A DNA stretch of 55,861 bases from a virus (Duplodnaviria; Caudoviricetes): IMG/VR virus record IMGVR_UViG_3300021082_000030, positions 1-55,861 of that record; one strand, written 5' to 3'. The notes under the pieces were generated by a model. That model saw nothing but the letters and a program-made list of their open reading frames with translations. It searched no databases and was not told where the DNA came from. Made by a program: the position numbers and the translations under genes. Shown here in pieces: positions 17,862 through 26,913 of the stretch (within the stretch, counting starts at the first letter, position 1; every line of letters starts with the position of its first letter).

Positions 17862-18631
17862 CTCAAACCCTCCGAATGACGACGCCAGCAAAGGAAATGG
17901 CGCGGCTTGAGTTTCATCCGCTGGCGAATGTGCTGCCGCTGATCGAGGGAGTCGAGTTCGACCAGCTTGTTGATTCCATAGTGGAGAACGGGCTGCACGA
18001 TCCGATCATCATCTTTGAAGATAAGATTTTAGACGGGCGCAATCGTTATCGCGCTTGCCTCAAGGCTAACGTCGAACCGCGCACTGAGACATTCACCGGC
18101 AACGACCCGGTGGCGTTCGTGATGAATCGCAATCTGCACCGTCGTCATCTGACCACGGGGCAAAGGGCGATGGCGTTGAAAAAATTCGCAACGCTAAGGG
18201 ACGGGCGACCTTGGCAAAAAATAACCAGCGGAATTCCGCCGGTTAAAACCCGCGCCGAAGTTGCGAAGCTTGCGGGCGTTCCTGATGAAGCCATCAGCGA
18301 CGCCAAGACCATCGAGGCCGAAGGCACGCCCGATGAAATTGCCGATGTGAGCAACGGCAAGCGGGCGATCAGCACGGTCGCCAACGAAGTGCGCAAACGG
18401 CGCGGCGGTCGCCAAAAGGGCTCGACCGCCCACAAGACCAAGCTCGCAATTTTCGGGCGCGCGATTTCATCGCTTTGCAACATTTGCGAAACCGCCGCCG
18501 AACTGGAAATTCCGAAATTAGACGCCGAGCAACGCAAAACCATCGGTCAACAATTGATGGAGGCTCAAGGAGCGGTGCGCGAATTGCGCCATCGCATCAC
18601 CAACAATGAGGGAGGTCGCGCGCATGGCTGA
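17858..18631 (+). CDS. ParB N-terminal domain protein
   Basis: FHPLANVLP, LVDSIVENGLHDPI, ILDGRNRYRAC, NLHRRHLT. Confidence 0.8.
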   Translation: MTQTLRMTTPAKEMARLEFHPLANVLPLIEGVEFDQLVDSIVENGLHDPIIIFEDKILDGRNRYRACLKANVEPRTETFTGNDPVAFVMNRNLHRRHLTTGQRAMALKKFATLRDGRPWQKITSGIPPVKTRAEVAKLAGVPDEAISDAKTIEAEGTPDEIADVSNGKRAISTVANEVRKRRGGRQKGSTAHKTKLAIFGRAISSLCNICETAAELEIPKLDAEQRKTIGQQLMEAQGAVRELRHRITNNEGGRAHG

Positions 18632-19451
18632 AAAATTCAGCGAGAAGAATCAGCGAATAGAATGGCTACCAAACAGACAGTTATCGGTGATTTGGATTCA
18701 ATCGCAGCGCCCTTATAAGGAAACACGCGCGCGCAGGATCGCCGACAATTTCGACCCTGATCGTTTTGACCCGATCCGCGTCACGTTGCCGAACGGCAAA
18801 GGCGAGTATCACATCGTTGACGGTCAACACCGCAAGGCGGCGGTTGAAATGCTTTGGGGAAGCTCTGAAAAAGTCCCCTGTATCGTGCTGGACGCCGAGA
18901 ATCCCGCAGAGGCGGCCAAGCTGTTCGACGGCATCAACGGGTTGCGGTACGGCGTCGATCCGGTTGCCAAGTTTAAGGTGCGAGTGACGGCTGTCGAGCC
19001 GGTCGAAGTGGCGATCAACAAGATCGTCGAGCATCGCGGTTATAAGATTTCCGGCGGTCGCAGCGAAGACCCAAAACACGGTCGCAGCATCGGCGCAGTC
19101 GGCGCATTGATAGCCGTTTACACCGCGCACGGCCCAAAAGTTCTAGACGATATTTTGCAAATTCTTTCTGCGACTTGGCCGTCCGATCCATACGCGACTA
19201 GCTCAAGCATCATTCGCGGATACGGTTCGTTGCTTGGCGAGTTTGGCAGCAAAGTCGATTGGGGTCGCCTCAAGGCGGTGATCGCCAACAAATACACGCC
19301 CGGCAGCTTGCTGACCCACGCCCGCGAACAGCGGCACACCTATGACATTCCGATGGGCGACGCGGTCTTGCGCGTGATACTGGCGCGTTACAATCGCGGC
19401 TTGCCAGAAGCGAAACAACTCAAGCGTGGAGTCGCCCGTGCGGTCGCGTGA
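18624..19451 (+). CDS. ParB/Srx-fold (DUF6551-like) protein
   Basis: QRPY...IADNFD...YHIVDGQHR...EAAKLF. Confidence 0.7.
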   Translation: MAEKFSEKNQRIEWLPNRQLSVIWIQSQRPYKETRARRIADNFDPDRFDPIRVTLPNGKGEYHIVDGQHRKAAVEMLWGSSEKVPCIVLDAENPAEAAKLFDGINGLRYGVDPVAKFKVRVTAVEPVEVAINKIVEHRGYKISGGRSEDPKHGRSIGAVGALIAVYTAHGPKVLDDILQILSATWPSDPYATSSSIIRGYGSLLGEFGSKVDWGRLKAVIANKYTPGSLLTHAREQRHTYDIPMGDAVLRVILARYNRGLPEAKQLKRGVARAVA

Positions 19452-20079
19452 GGCGCGGTTTATCGGCCACGGCAATTTTGCGCAGGGCGAAGGGCACTGC
19501 CGCATAAACGCTTGGCGGCTGACGTGTTCGCAGTGCCGAGACATCAAGGTGATAGCGATGCCGCACGGCGACCTTCCGCCAAATCTGCTAATCAAAAAAT
19601 TCCATCAGGCGGGCTGGATTGTTGGCAAAAAAACAACAGGCGACCTGTGCGGCGCGTGCCAGAAAAAGCAAAAGCAGGGGCAAGTGGTTGCGATGCCAGC
19701 CCCGGCACCAGCCCCAACAATTGCGGCACCGCCGCCAGCTAGACCAACAACAGAACCGCCGCCAGATGACGGCGTCATCACCATCACCGTCCTTAGATAC
19801 AAGGAACTAACGGCGGCGTGGCGCTTAAGGCGCGCTGGTATTGAACCGCTCAAGGACGAAGTGTTGATAAACATTCACGCCATGTTGTGCGCAGGCCAGA
19901 TCGACGATGCACGGCGGGCCATTGAGGCATATTTGCCTGATGCCAAAGCGATCGCCAAAGTGACCGCCAAAGCGCCCCGCATTTCACCAGCGGAAATCAT
20001 CCAGCGCGACGACACCTTCGACGAATGGTTGAACAATTTGGAAAAGAATCACCGTGCGAAAGGAGGGGCCGCGCAATGA
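19426..20079 (+). CDS. Hypothetical Zn-ribbon protein
   Basis: CSQC...CGAC plus Pro-rich linker; start uncertain. Confidence 0.55.
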   Translation: MESPVRSREARFIGHGNFAQGEGHCRINAWRLTCSQCRDIKVIAMPHGDLPPNLLIKKFHQAGWIVGKKTTGDLCGACQKKQKQGQVVAMPAPAPAPTIAAPPPARPTTEPPPDDGVITITVLRYKELTAAWRLRRAGIEPLKDEVLINIHAMLCAGQIDDARRAIEAYLPDAKAIAKVTAKAPRISPAEIIQRDDTFDEWLNNLEKNHRAKGGAAQ

Positions 20080-20366
20080 GCAAGAACAGGCACACGCTCG
20101 GCGACGCGCCGATCGAGTCGCAATATCAGCGGAAGATGAACGCGCTGGCGAAGGCGCTCGATGAGCAGTTCAACGGCAATGCCAAGGGCAGCGCCCGCAA
20201 GACCGGGTTTGTGCTGATGGTGTTTCCGTTCACCGGCGAAGGCGAAGGCACCGATGGCCGCTGCAACTACATTTCGAACGGGGCCGATCGCAAAGACATC
20301 GTCGTGCTTATGAAAGAGATGATAGCCCGCTTCGAAGGGGCACCGGAAGCGAAAGGAACGGCGTGA
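20076..20366 (+). CDS. Phage hypothetical protein
   Basis: GFVLMVFPF...NYISNGADRKD; AGGAGG RBS. Confidence 0.65.
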   Translation: MSKNRHTLGDAPIESQYQRKMNALAKALDEQFNGNAKGSARKTGFVLMVFPFTGEGEGTDGRCNYISNGADRKDIVVLMKEMIARFEGAPEAKGTA

Positions 20367-20602
20367 TGGCCGGCAAGGAATTCTTTGTGATCGACGGTGA
20401 CGGCTTCGTCTCATCGGTTCCCGGGGAGTGGCGCGAGTCTGAGCCGGAAGCTTTTGGCAACCTCCGGTCAGCGACCAAGCGGGCACGCGAGCTTGCCCAG
20501 TCAGAGCCCGGGCGCACCGTCGTGATCACGCAGGCGGTTTCGTATGTGACCTGTCCCGAGCCGCCAAAGACCCGCCCGCAAATTGTAATGCGCAAACTGT
20601 AA
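20363..20602 (+). CDS. Hypothetical protein
   Basis: 79 aa, translationally coupled to the previous gene. Confidence 0.55.
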   Translation: MMAGKEFFVIDGDGFVSSVPGEWRESEPEAFGNLRSATKRARELAQSEPGRTVVITQAVSYVTCPEPPKTRPQIVMRKL

Positions 20603-20617
20603 CAATGGAGGACGCAA

Positions 20618-20956
20618 ATGATCATCACCACCGAGAAGCTCAACGCCGCAAAGGCGGGTGTCGACAAGCTGATCGAGCAAGGGCAAGTGCTGTTCGGCGA
20701 CATCACCGAGACGACGCAGGACCGCGAACGGTTGTTGCAGGAGATCGAGCTTAACAAGCAGACCATCAGCCATCTGAGCGAGGAAATACTGGAGTTGGAA
20801 GCAAGGCTCGGCGACGCGCTCGCGCGACTCGAATCCATTTCCACGACAGCGCAACTTGATGCCTATGCGTCGGTCCCGCGCAACGGTCGTGCCGGGGCTC
20901 TCGGCGTCGCTGCACTGGAAAAGCTCGCGGCCACGCGGACCAACGGGCAGAACTAA
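20618..20956 (+). CDS. Coiled-coil hypothetical protein
   Basis: GGAGG RBS, heptad-like L/E pattern. Confidence 0.65.
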   Translation: MIITTEKLNAAKAGVDKLIEQGQVLFGDITETTQDRERLLQEIELNKQTISHLSEEILELEARLGDALARLESISTTAQLDAYASVPRNGRAGALGVAALEKLAATRTNGQN

Positions 20957-21228
20957 TGACCGCGCCGCTGCGTCGCTATCTGCTCAACCACGAGATCGCA
21001 ATCGAGGCGCGCCGCATCGCGCACTTCGCCACCAAGACGTGTTGCCGGCATGACGTGTCCGGGCTGCCGCCGGACAACGACGACGAGCATACGAAGAACT
21101 GTAACGAACTGAAGCGCCAGATCATGGCGCTGGCGATGAACATCAAGCTCGCCGCGCTGCAGGCACCAGTGAGGCCGGCACCAGCGCCGCCGGCTGCGAA
21201 CCTCAACGTCGAGGACAGATACAAGTGA
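20956..21228 (+). CDS. Hypothetical protein
   Basis: 90 aa, TAATG coupling. Confidence 0.55.
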   Translation: MTAPLRRYLLNHEIAIEARRIAHFATKTCCRHDVSGLPPDNDDEHTKNCNELKRQIMALAMNIKLAALQAPVRPAPAPPAANLNVEDRYK

Positions 21229-21458
21229 CCGAGCGCACCGATCACGATCGCTACATGGACATGCTGGCAACGGAGATCGGCGAAGTGCTTGATGGTGTCC
21301 CGCTGCAAGATGTCATCTCCGCGTGCGCCGCTATCATCGGCTTCACGCTCGCCGAAATGACCGACGACCAAGCAAGGCGAGAAGCGGTGTTGCAGACCAC
21401 CATCGCGTTCATCAGGAAAGTTTGCGCCGAGAAGGTGATGGATGGGCACCGACTTTGA
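21225..21458 (+). CDS. Hypothetical protein
   Basis: 77 aa, GTGA coupling. Confidence 0.55.
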   Translation: MTERTDHDRYMDMLATEIGEVLDGVPLQDVISACAAIIGFTLAEMTDDQARREAVLQTTIAFIRKVCAEKVMDGHRL

Positions 21459-21675
21459 TCCGGTGAAGGCAATGCGTGAGGAGATCGCCGGGCTCAGCGA
21501 TGTCAGCCGGGTGATGCTGCTCCGCGAGCGCGAAGCCGAGAAGAGGATGGCCGAAGCCGAGTCCGAATATACAGCGCTAACCAAGATCAATGGCTTCATG
21601 CGGATCATGCTGGACACCGCACGCGCCAAGCTCCGGGCGCTAGAGGATGAAGCCGAACGGACGGGACCACAATGA
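21442..21675 (+). CDS. Hypothetical protein
   Basis: 77 aa, overlapping operon neighbours. Confidence 0.5.
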   Translation: MGTDFDPVKAMREEIAGLSDVSRVMLLREREAEKRMAEAESEYTALTKINGFMRIMLDTARAKLRALEDEAERTGPQ

Positions 21676-21875
21676 GTCAGATTATTCGCCGGCCCGAAGT
21701 TGAGCGCCGCACCGGGAAATCAAAGGCGGCGATCTACGCGCAGATGAAGGCCGGCGCATTTCCGCGCGCGGTGAAGATCGGCAGCCGCGCGGTGGGTTGG
21801 ATCGAGGAAGAGATCGATCGTTATGTCGAGGCCAAGATCGCCGTGCGCGATCGCAATGTGGAGGAAGCGCGATGA
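21672..21875 (+). CDS. alpA: AlpA-family regulator / recombination directionality factor
   Basis: IIRRPEVERRTGKSKAAIY...GAFPRAVKIGSRAVGW. Confidence 0.9.
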   Translation: MSQIIRRPEVERRTGKSKAAIYAQMKAGAFPRAVKIGSRAVGWIEEEIDRYVEAKIAVRDRNVEEAR

Positions 21876-22321
21876 GAAAGGCTGGTAAGGGTTTGCAGAA
21901 GACTGGCAGGGCTATCAAGCTCGTCGACGGGGGCAATAGGCACGTCGCCCGGAAGCTCGCCGGGAAGCGGGCAGAGCCCGTTAACATCTTCGATCGGGTG
22001 CGGGCGCTGGACGAAAGCGCGCGCCGGCACATGGCGCATATCATAGAAGAAACCGTGCGGCCCGAAACCGATCGCAATCTCGGGCGCGTCGAGAACTACA
22101 AGCGCTTGCTGGAGTCCGGCGAAGCCGCGAAGGTGCAGCAAGTCATCGCCGCAGCCCACTATCGGGACGGGCTCGCCGATGTCGCGATGCGGCAGCATAT
22201 CGCCGAACTGATCGACCAAGGCCGCGAGCAGGAATTGACCACGCAGCTTCGCGCCTATGCGGTGATGCATCTCATCACGCCGATGCAAGTCATGCGGCGG
22301 CGCGACTCCGACTCAGCTTGA
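21872..22321 (+). CDS. Hypothetical protein
   Basis: GGAGG RBS, ATGA coupling; its 3' end overlaps the convergent integrase. Confidence 0.55.
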   Translation: MRKAGKGLQKTGRAIKLVDGGNRHVARKLAGKRAEPVNIFDRVRALDESARRHMAHIIEETVRPETDRNLGRVENYKRLLESGEAAKVQQVIAAAHYRDGLADVAMRQHIAELIDQGREQELTTQLRAYAVMHLITPMQVMRRRDSDSA

Positions 22322-23564
22322 TCACTTGCTTGCCGGTGACGTAATCGGCCCAACGATCCATCAGGTCGCGGCGCTTTTCGAAGAACGTGACCTGATCCTT
22401 GTATGCGGCTTCGGCCTTATCGGTGGAGAAAACCCGGTGCGCCAGCGTCGTCTCGATCACGTCTTTCTCGAAGTGCAGGACGTTGCTGACGTAGCCGCGA
22501 AATGCCGAGCGCATGCCGTGGACGGTGAAGGTGAGCTTGGCGTCATTGAGCAGCCGCGACATCGCTGTGGTCGACATCCGCTTGCTGCCATCGGCGAACT
22601 CCGACGCAAACACCGGATCGCTCGGCCCGTGCCCGTTCAGCTTCAGCGCCTGCACCCGCATCAGCACGTCGATCGCCGCGTTGCTCAGCGGAACCTCGAA
22701 CGGCTTGGGATCGTCGGCGTCGGCGGTCTTCACCGCCGGCACCGTCCAAACCCGGCGCTTGAGATCGACATCACCCCAAAGCATCGAGCGCTTGTCGATC
22801 GGCGAGCCCTTGTGGCGCGCGCCGACAACGTCGCCGGTGCGGCACACGGTGAGGATGACGAATTCGAGCGCGAGCGCGGCGACCGCGCGATGCCAGCGCC
22901 GCCGCAGATCGGAGACGAACGCCGGAAGCTCGGTGTAGTGGATCGCAGAGTATGGTTTGTTCTTGCGCACCTTTTTGAAGGTGGGCAGCGTGTTGCAGAT
23001 GTATTGCTTATGGGCGACCGTATCGATGCTGTTGGTCGCGGACTTGATCACCGCCTGAATGCGTTGCTGCAGCTTGCGCGCCGTCTCGAATCTCTTCTGC
23101 TTCAGCAGCCCGCCGATGATGCTGATGATGTCGTCGGTGGTGATCGCACTGATGAGCTTGTCGCCGATCACCGGCAAGGCGTGCAGTTCGAGCATCCGCT
23201 GCCAGCCGTGGCGCGGGTGTTGCTGCATCATGAAGTCGAAGCGCTGGCGAAAGGTGGCCGCGCCGCCGGCCTTGGCCTTGAGCTTGTCGCGCTCGACGAT
23301 CGGATCGCGCCCGGCGTGGACCGCCTCGCGCAGCCGCTTGGCTTCCACGCGCGCGGCCTTGAGCCCGAGCTTGTGCGCCGAGCCAAGCCCCATGTCGCGG
23401 CTCTTGCGGGTGACCGGGCTGCGATAGCGGAATATCCACGACACCGATCCGGAGCGCGCGACTTGCAGATAAAGCCCGCCGCCGTCGTGCAGCATCTTCG
23501 GCGTCTTGACCTTGCGCCTGATCTCGCCGTCGACTGCGCCGGGGGAAAGAAGCTCGATCGCCAT
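22290..23564 (-). CDS. int: P4-like tyrosine integrase with arm-binding domain
   Basis: DGGGLYLQV...WIFRY...MGLGS arm domain; catalytic R (VCRTGD), K, HGMRSAF, LAH, AAY, RRDLMDRWADY. Confidence 0.93.
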   Translation of the reverse strand: MAIELLSPGAVDGEIRRKVKTPKMLHDGGGLYLQVARSGSVSWIFRYRSPVTRKSRDMGLGSAHKLGLKAARVEAKRLREAVHAGRDPIVERDKLKAKAGGAATFRQRFDFMMQQHPRHGWQRMLELHALPVIGDKLISAITTDDIISIIGGLLKQKRFETARKLQQRIQAVIKSATNSIDTVAHKQYICNTLPTFKKVRKNKPYSAIHYTELPAFVSDLRRRWHRAVAALALEFVILTVCRTGDVVGARHKGSPIDKRSMLWGDVDLKRRVWTVPAVKTADADDPKPFEVPLSNAAIDVLMRVQALKLNGHGPSDPVFASEFADGSKRMSTTAMSRLLNDAKLTFTVHGMRSAFRGYVSNVLHFEKDVIETTLAHRVFSTDKAEAAYKDQVTFFEKRRDLMDRWADYVTGKQVIKLSRSRAAA

Positions 23565-23567
23565 CGC

Positions 23568-23783
23568 TCAAACCTCCGTGCAGTCGATGAGCAGAAACTT
23601 GAAGACCTTGCCGCTCTTGTCGAGCCGCACATGGGCGATCTCGCGCTCGACGGCGGGCTCTGCCGTGTCGCGGCGGGTGCCGTCGGTCAGCGGGAAACTT
23701 TTGCCTTTGGTGATCTTGGCGACCTCGCCATATCGATCGCCGCGCATCCACGCGTCGGTGTAGGCTGGAATTTGAACACGCAC
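23568..23783 (-). CDS. Small phage protein between attP and int
   Basis: AAAGGA RBS, GTG start: MRVQIPAYTDAWMRGDRYGEV...RLDKSGK. Confidence 0.6.
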   Translation of the reverse strand: MRVQIPAYTDAWMRGDRYGEVAKITKGKSFPLTDGTRRDTAEPAVEREIAHVRLDKSGKVFKFLLIDCTEV

Positions 23784-23810
23784 GGCGGGGATTCCTTTCG
23801 CTCGGTTTTG

Positions 23811-24053
23811 ACCCATAACCTCACCCATAAAATTCGGTTGAGCAGCCCAGAGAAGCACAGGCAAGCCCAGAGAACAATTATGCGAGAAAACGCGATGCCA
23901 CAAGGCTTTTTCACTTTCGCAGTGGACTGCCTGAGACTTACCAAGACCACGGCGGCATGCCCTACAAGGGGCGCACGCGCGCGGGCTAAGTCCTTTGGCG
24001 CGAAGGACTTTTTCGACTTAGACGAAAGCTCGACCCATACTGCGACCCATACT
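23811..24053. other. Putative attP with paired integrase arm-type sites
   Basis: ACCCATA pairs with 12-bp spacing at 23811/23823 and 24033/24045 flank a non-coding core upstream of int. Confidence 0.6.
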
Positions 24054-24193
24054 TGGATCGAGGTTGCCGCGCGCCGCTGGTGCCTCGCCTGCGGCAGCTA
24101 TCAAGCCCGCTCGGGCGGCGTCTGGCGCGACAGCCTTGTCGGCCCGTGGCCGGGCTATAGCCGGACGGACACGGCAGCCCACGGGGGTGCGCG

Positions 24194-24904
24194 ATGAGCG
24201 ATCGCCCGCCGTTCATGGGGCGCTATGCGCTCGCCATCCGCGACATCCCGATGCCGAACCGGCTGCGCTATCGCCCGGTGAGCGAGACAGGCTTCCCGGT
24301 GCCGTGGTTCGTGGACTGGATCAACGGCAAGCCCGACTTCCGCGTGATGGACGCCGCGAAGTGGTCGCAGGCTGTGCGGCAGGATTTGTGCTGGCTGTGC
24401 GGCCAGACGCTCGGGCGCTTCAAGGTGTTCGTCGCCGGGCCCATGTGCGCCGTCAATCGCACCAGCGCCGAGCCGCCGAGTCACCGGGAATGCGCCGAGT
24501 ATGCGGTGCGCGCTTGCCCGTTCCTCGCGCGCCCGCGCATGCGCCGCAACAGCGCCGATCTGCCGCCGGACCACCTTGAGCCGGGCGGCATCATGCTCGA
24601 TCGCAACCCGGGCGTCGCGCTGCTCTGGGTCACGCACGACTATCGGGTGATCGGCACGCACGGCGGCCCGATCATCAAGATGGGCGAACCGATCGAGATC
24701 GTCGCTTATGCGGAAGGGCGGCTTGCCACGCGCACCGAGCTTGATGCGTCGATCATGTCGGGGCTGCCGCTGCTCGCAGAGCAATGCGACTGCGATGACG
24801 ACAGGCAGGCGCTTGCCGCCGCGATGGATCGCGCCAGCGCGTTGTTCAAAGAGAAGCTGAAGGTGGCTGAGCGGAACGACTCAATGATGAGCCGTTCCGT
24901 TTAG
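24194..24904 (+). CDS. Cys-rich phage hypothetical protein
   Basis: GFPVPWFV, CWLCG, GPMC...EPPSHRECAEYAVRACPFL. Confidence 0.7.
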   Translation: MSDRPPFMGRYALAIRDIPMPNRLRYRPVSETGFPVPWFVDWINGKPDFRVMDAAKWSQAVRQDLCWLCGQTLGRFKVFVAGPMCAVNRTSAEPPSHRECAEYAVRACPFLARPRMRRNSADLPPDHLEPGGIMLDRNPGVALLWVTHDYRVIGTHGGPIIKMGEPIEIVAYAEGRLATRTELDASIMSGLPLLAEQCDCDDDRQALAAAMDRASALFKEKLKVAERNDSMMSRSV

Positions 24905-24909
24905 CAACT

Positions 24910-25695
24910 ATGGAGAACACCATGCGAAAACTTGTCTTAGGCGCTGCAGTGGCAGCGTCGCTTGCTACGTTCGCACTGCCGCTGCCAGCGCAGGCGGCAA
25001 TCATCGATACCTTCGGCGGGCAGACTTGGACGGTTGACGGCGGCACCCTTCTCTCTCTGGGTGGCGTACCGTCCGGTAACCAAGTCCAGAACGTTCCCTG
25101 CATCATCTGCGGAGCGAACCAGCCGAACCAGACCAACTTCGGCTTAAACTTTGGTTACACCGACTTCGGCAATACCGGCAACACAGGCAACATCGCCTAC
25201 TTCTCGTCCGGTATCCTCCGCGACACGGTGCTTGGTCAGGACACGATCTCGGTAACGAACTACAGCGGTACGCAACTGATCAATTTGTTGACCGCTCTCG
25301 GCGATCCAAGTCTGACCTTCAGCATTGGCATCGACGTGAATGACACCGGCACCGCGCAGACGCTGGAGTCGTTCTACTTCCTCGACCTGACGACGCATTC
25401 GGTGATCGCGGCATACTCGCCGCAGCCGGGCGGCACGTTGATTCCGTCACTCAACAACGGGACGGGCTTCCCGGACTATACGTTGAACGGGCTGACGCTG
25501 GCTGGCCTCAATCCCAATGATCAGTATGCGTTCTTTGCGCGTATCAGCGGCGCGAACGATGGACCTGACTCGTTCTTCATCGTCCCGCAAGTGGCGGCGG
25601 TGCCGATTCCTGCCGTCGGTGCCGGCTTGCCGGGACTGATCGCGGCGTTTGGCCTCGTCGCCTTTGCTCGCCGTCGTCGTCGCGCGTTGGCGTAA
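24910..25695 (+). CDS. Secreted protein with a PEP-CTERM-like (VPxPA) exosortase sorting signal
   Basis: Signal peptide ending AQA-A; T/G/N-rich body; C-terminal VPIPAVGAGLPGL, TM helix, RRRR. Confidence 0.82.
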   Translation: MENTMRKLVLGAAVAASLATFALPLPAQAAIIDTFGGQTWTVDGGTLLSLGGVPSGNQVQNVPCIICGANQPNQTNFGLNFGYTDFGNTGNTGNIAYFSSGILRDTVLGQDTISVTNYSGTQLINLLTALGDPSLTFSIGIDVNDTGTAQTLESFYFLDLTTHSVIAAYSPQPGGTLIPSLNNGTGFPDYTLNGLTLAGLNPNDQYAFFARISGANDGPDSFFIVPQVAAVPIPAVGAGLPGLIAAFGLVAFARRRRRALA

Positions 25696-25697
25696 CA

Positions 25698-25976
25698 ATG
25701 CGGGAAGCGTGCTGCTTTAAGGAAGGCTGCACAAACCCGGCGGTGCTTCGCGGGTGGTGTCTTGAACACTACCCGCGATGTCATTGCGGGCAACTCGTGT
25801 TCGCGCGCGATCTCTGCACCGCTCATTATCAGCAATGGTACGCGCACGGCGATCGCGATGCGAAGTGTACGGTCGAAGGCTGCGATCGAAACACTCATGC
25901 ACGCGGGCTCTGCGAAAAGCATCTGAAGCGGTTCTATCGTTGGCAGAAGCAAGAAACCGAAAACGTCGGAAAATAA
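25698..25976 (+). CDS. Triple C3H-type zinc-finger repeat protein
   Basis: Three C..C...RG/DxCxxH repeats. Confidence 0.6.
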   Translation: MREACCFKEGCTNPAVLRGWCLEHYPRCHCGQLVFARDLCTAHYQQWYAHGDRDAKCTVEGCDRNTHARGLCEKHLKRFYRWQKQETENVGK

Positions 25977-26293
25977 TTATTTTCGGCTTCGGCAACGCCT
26001 GATCCATCGATGCTCTCGCACTTCAACTTTGTTAATTCGTTTTCAAAAACGCCCGTTGATCCTAGAGTCAAGTGCGCGAAAATTTTTTGCCGAGCTAATA
26101 AACATCGGCCTTCGCGCGATCGCGATTCAGCAAAACCGAAAAAACCGCGGACCCCATTTGCTAGGATGGTGTCACGTCGCGAGCAATGACGTTCGCGGCG
26201 GGTTGTTTGAAATGTGAATCAAACAGAAAGAACCCGGAGCGCTGTCACGCCCCGGGTCAAGGAAGCTGCAAACCCAATAGGAGAAAGCCTAAC

Positions 26294-26782
26294 ATGACCA
26301 CTCTACCACTACGCGAACGCCGACACCAGCAAGCGCTTAAAGATCGCACCCGGCTGGAACGGCAACGCGACGAAGCACTCGACAAGCTCGCGCGCATCAC
26401 CGGCAAGCTGAAGACGGTGAGCCGATCGATCGAGCGATACGAACGAACGCCGACGCCCTTGGCTGCAACGCCCACGGTGCCGGCGAACGTCGAGCCGCCG
26501 GCGTCGACACCAGTGCCGCAAGCAGCCGCACCAGTGACCGCGCCGGCGAGCTTGGACGAAATCCCGACGTTCCTCGATCGCCGCAAGGCTGCAGAGGAAA
26601 GGGACGCTGCAGCGCGCGCCGCGATCGAAGCGGCGAACGCCGAGCAGAAGAAAGCGAAAGCCCGCGTGCGGATCGAAAAGCTCAAGGTGCGGCAAGAGAA
26701 GCTGCACGCGAAGCTGACCGGGGCGACCCGGGCGATGCCGCTCACCGGGCGGGCTGCGCTCGAAAAGATCAGAGCGGGATAA
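26294..26782 (+). CDS. Basic hypothetical protein
   Basis: AGGAG RBS, followed by a strong terminator. Confidence 0.7.
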   Translation: MTTLPLRERRHQQALKDRTRLERQRDEALDKLARITGKLKTVSRSIERYERTPTPLAATPTVPANVEPPASTPVPQAAAPVTAPASLDEIPTFLDRRKAAEERDAAARAAIEAANAEQKKAKARVRIEKLKVRQEKLHAKLTGATRAMPLTGRAALEKIRAG

Positions 26783-26802
26783 AGTAAGGTTACAAACACG
26801 GC

Positions 26803-26829
26803 AAAGCCGCCCTTCGGGGCGGCTTTTTT
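26803..26829 (+). terminator. Rho-independent terminator
   Basis: AAAGCCGCCC-TTCG-GGGCGGCTTTTTT. Confidence 0.9.
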
Positions 26830-26878
26830 CTTGTGTTTTCAGGCACTTAAGAAAGGTGAAAAAAGTCTGCCCCACCTC

Positions 26879-26907
26879 TTGCGTGTCACTTCATGTGACA
26901 TTAGGTT
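26879..26907 (+). promoter_or_regulatory. Sigma70-like promoter with a palindromic operator in the spacer
   Basis: TTGCGT-17 bp-TAGGTT; TGTCAC-N5-GTGACA at 26884-26900. Confidence 0.6.
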
Positions 26908-26913
26908 GTGGGC

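Noticed and set aside
22326-24197. 623-aa plus-strand ORF
   Set aside because: Antisense shadow of the integrase in high-GC DNA; the same applies to most long opposite-strand ORFs in the track
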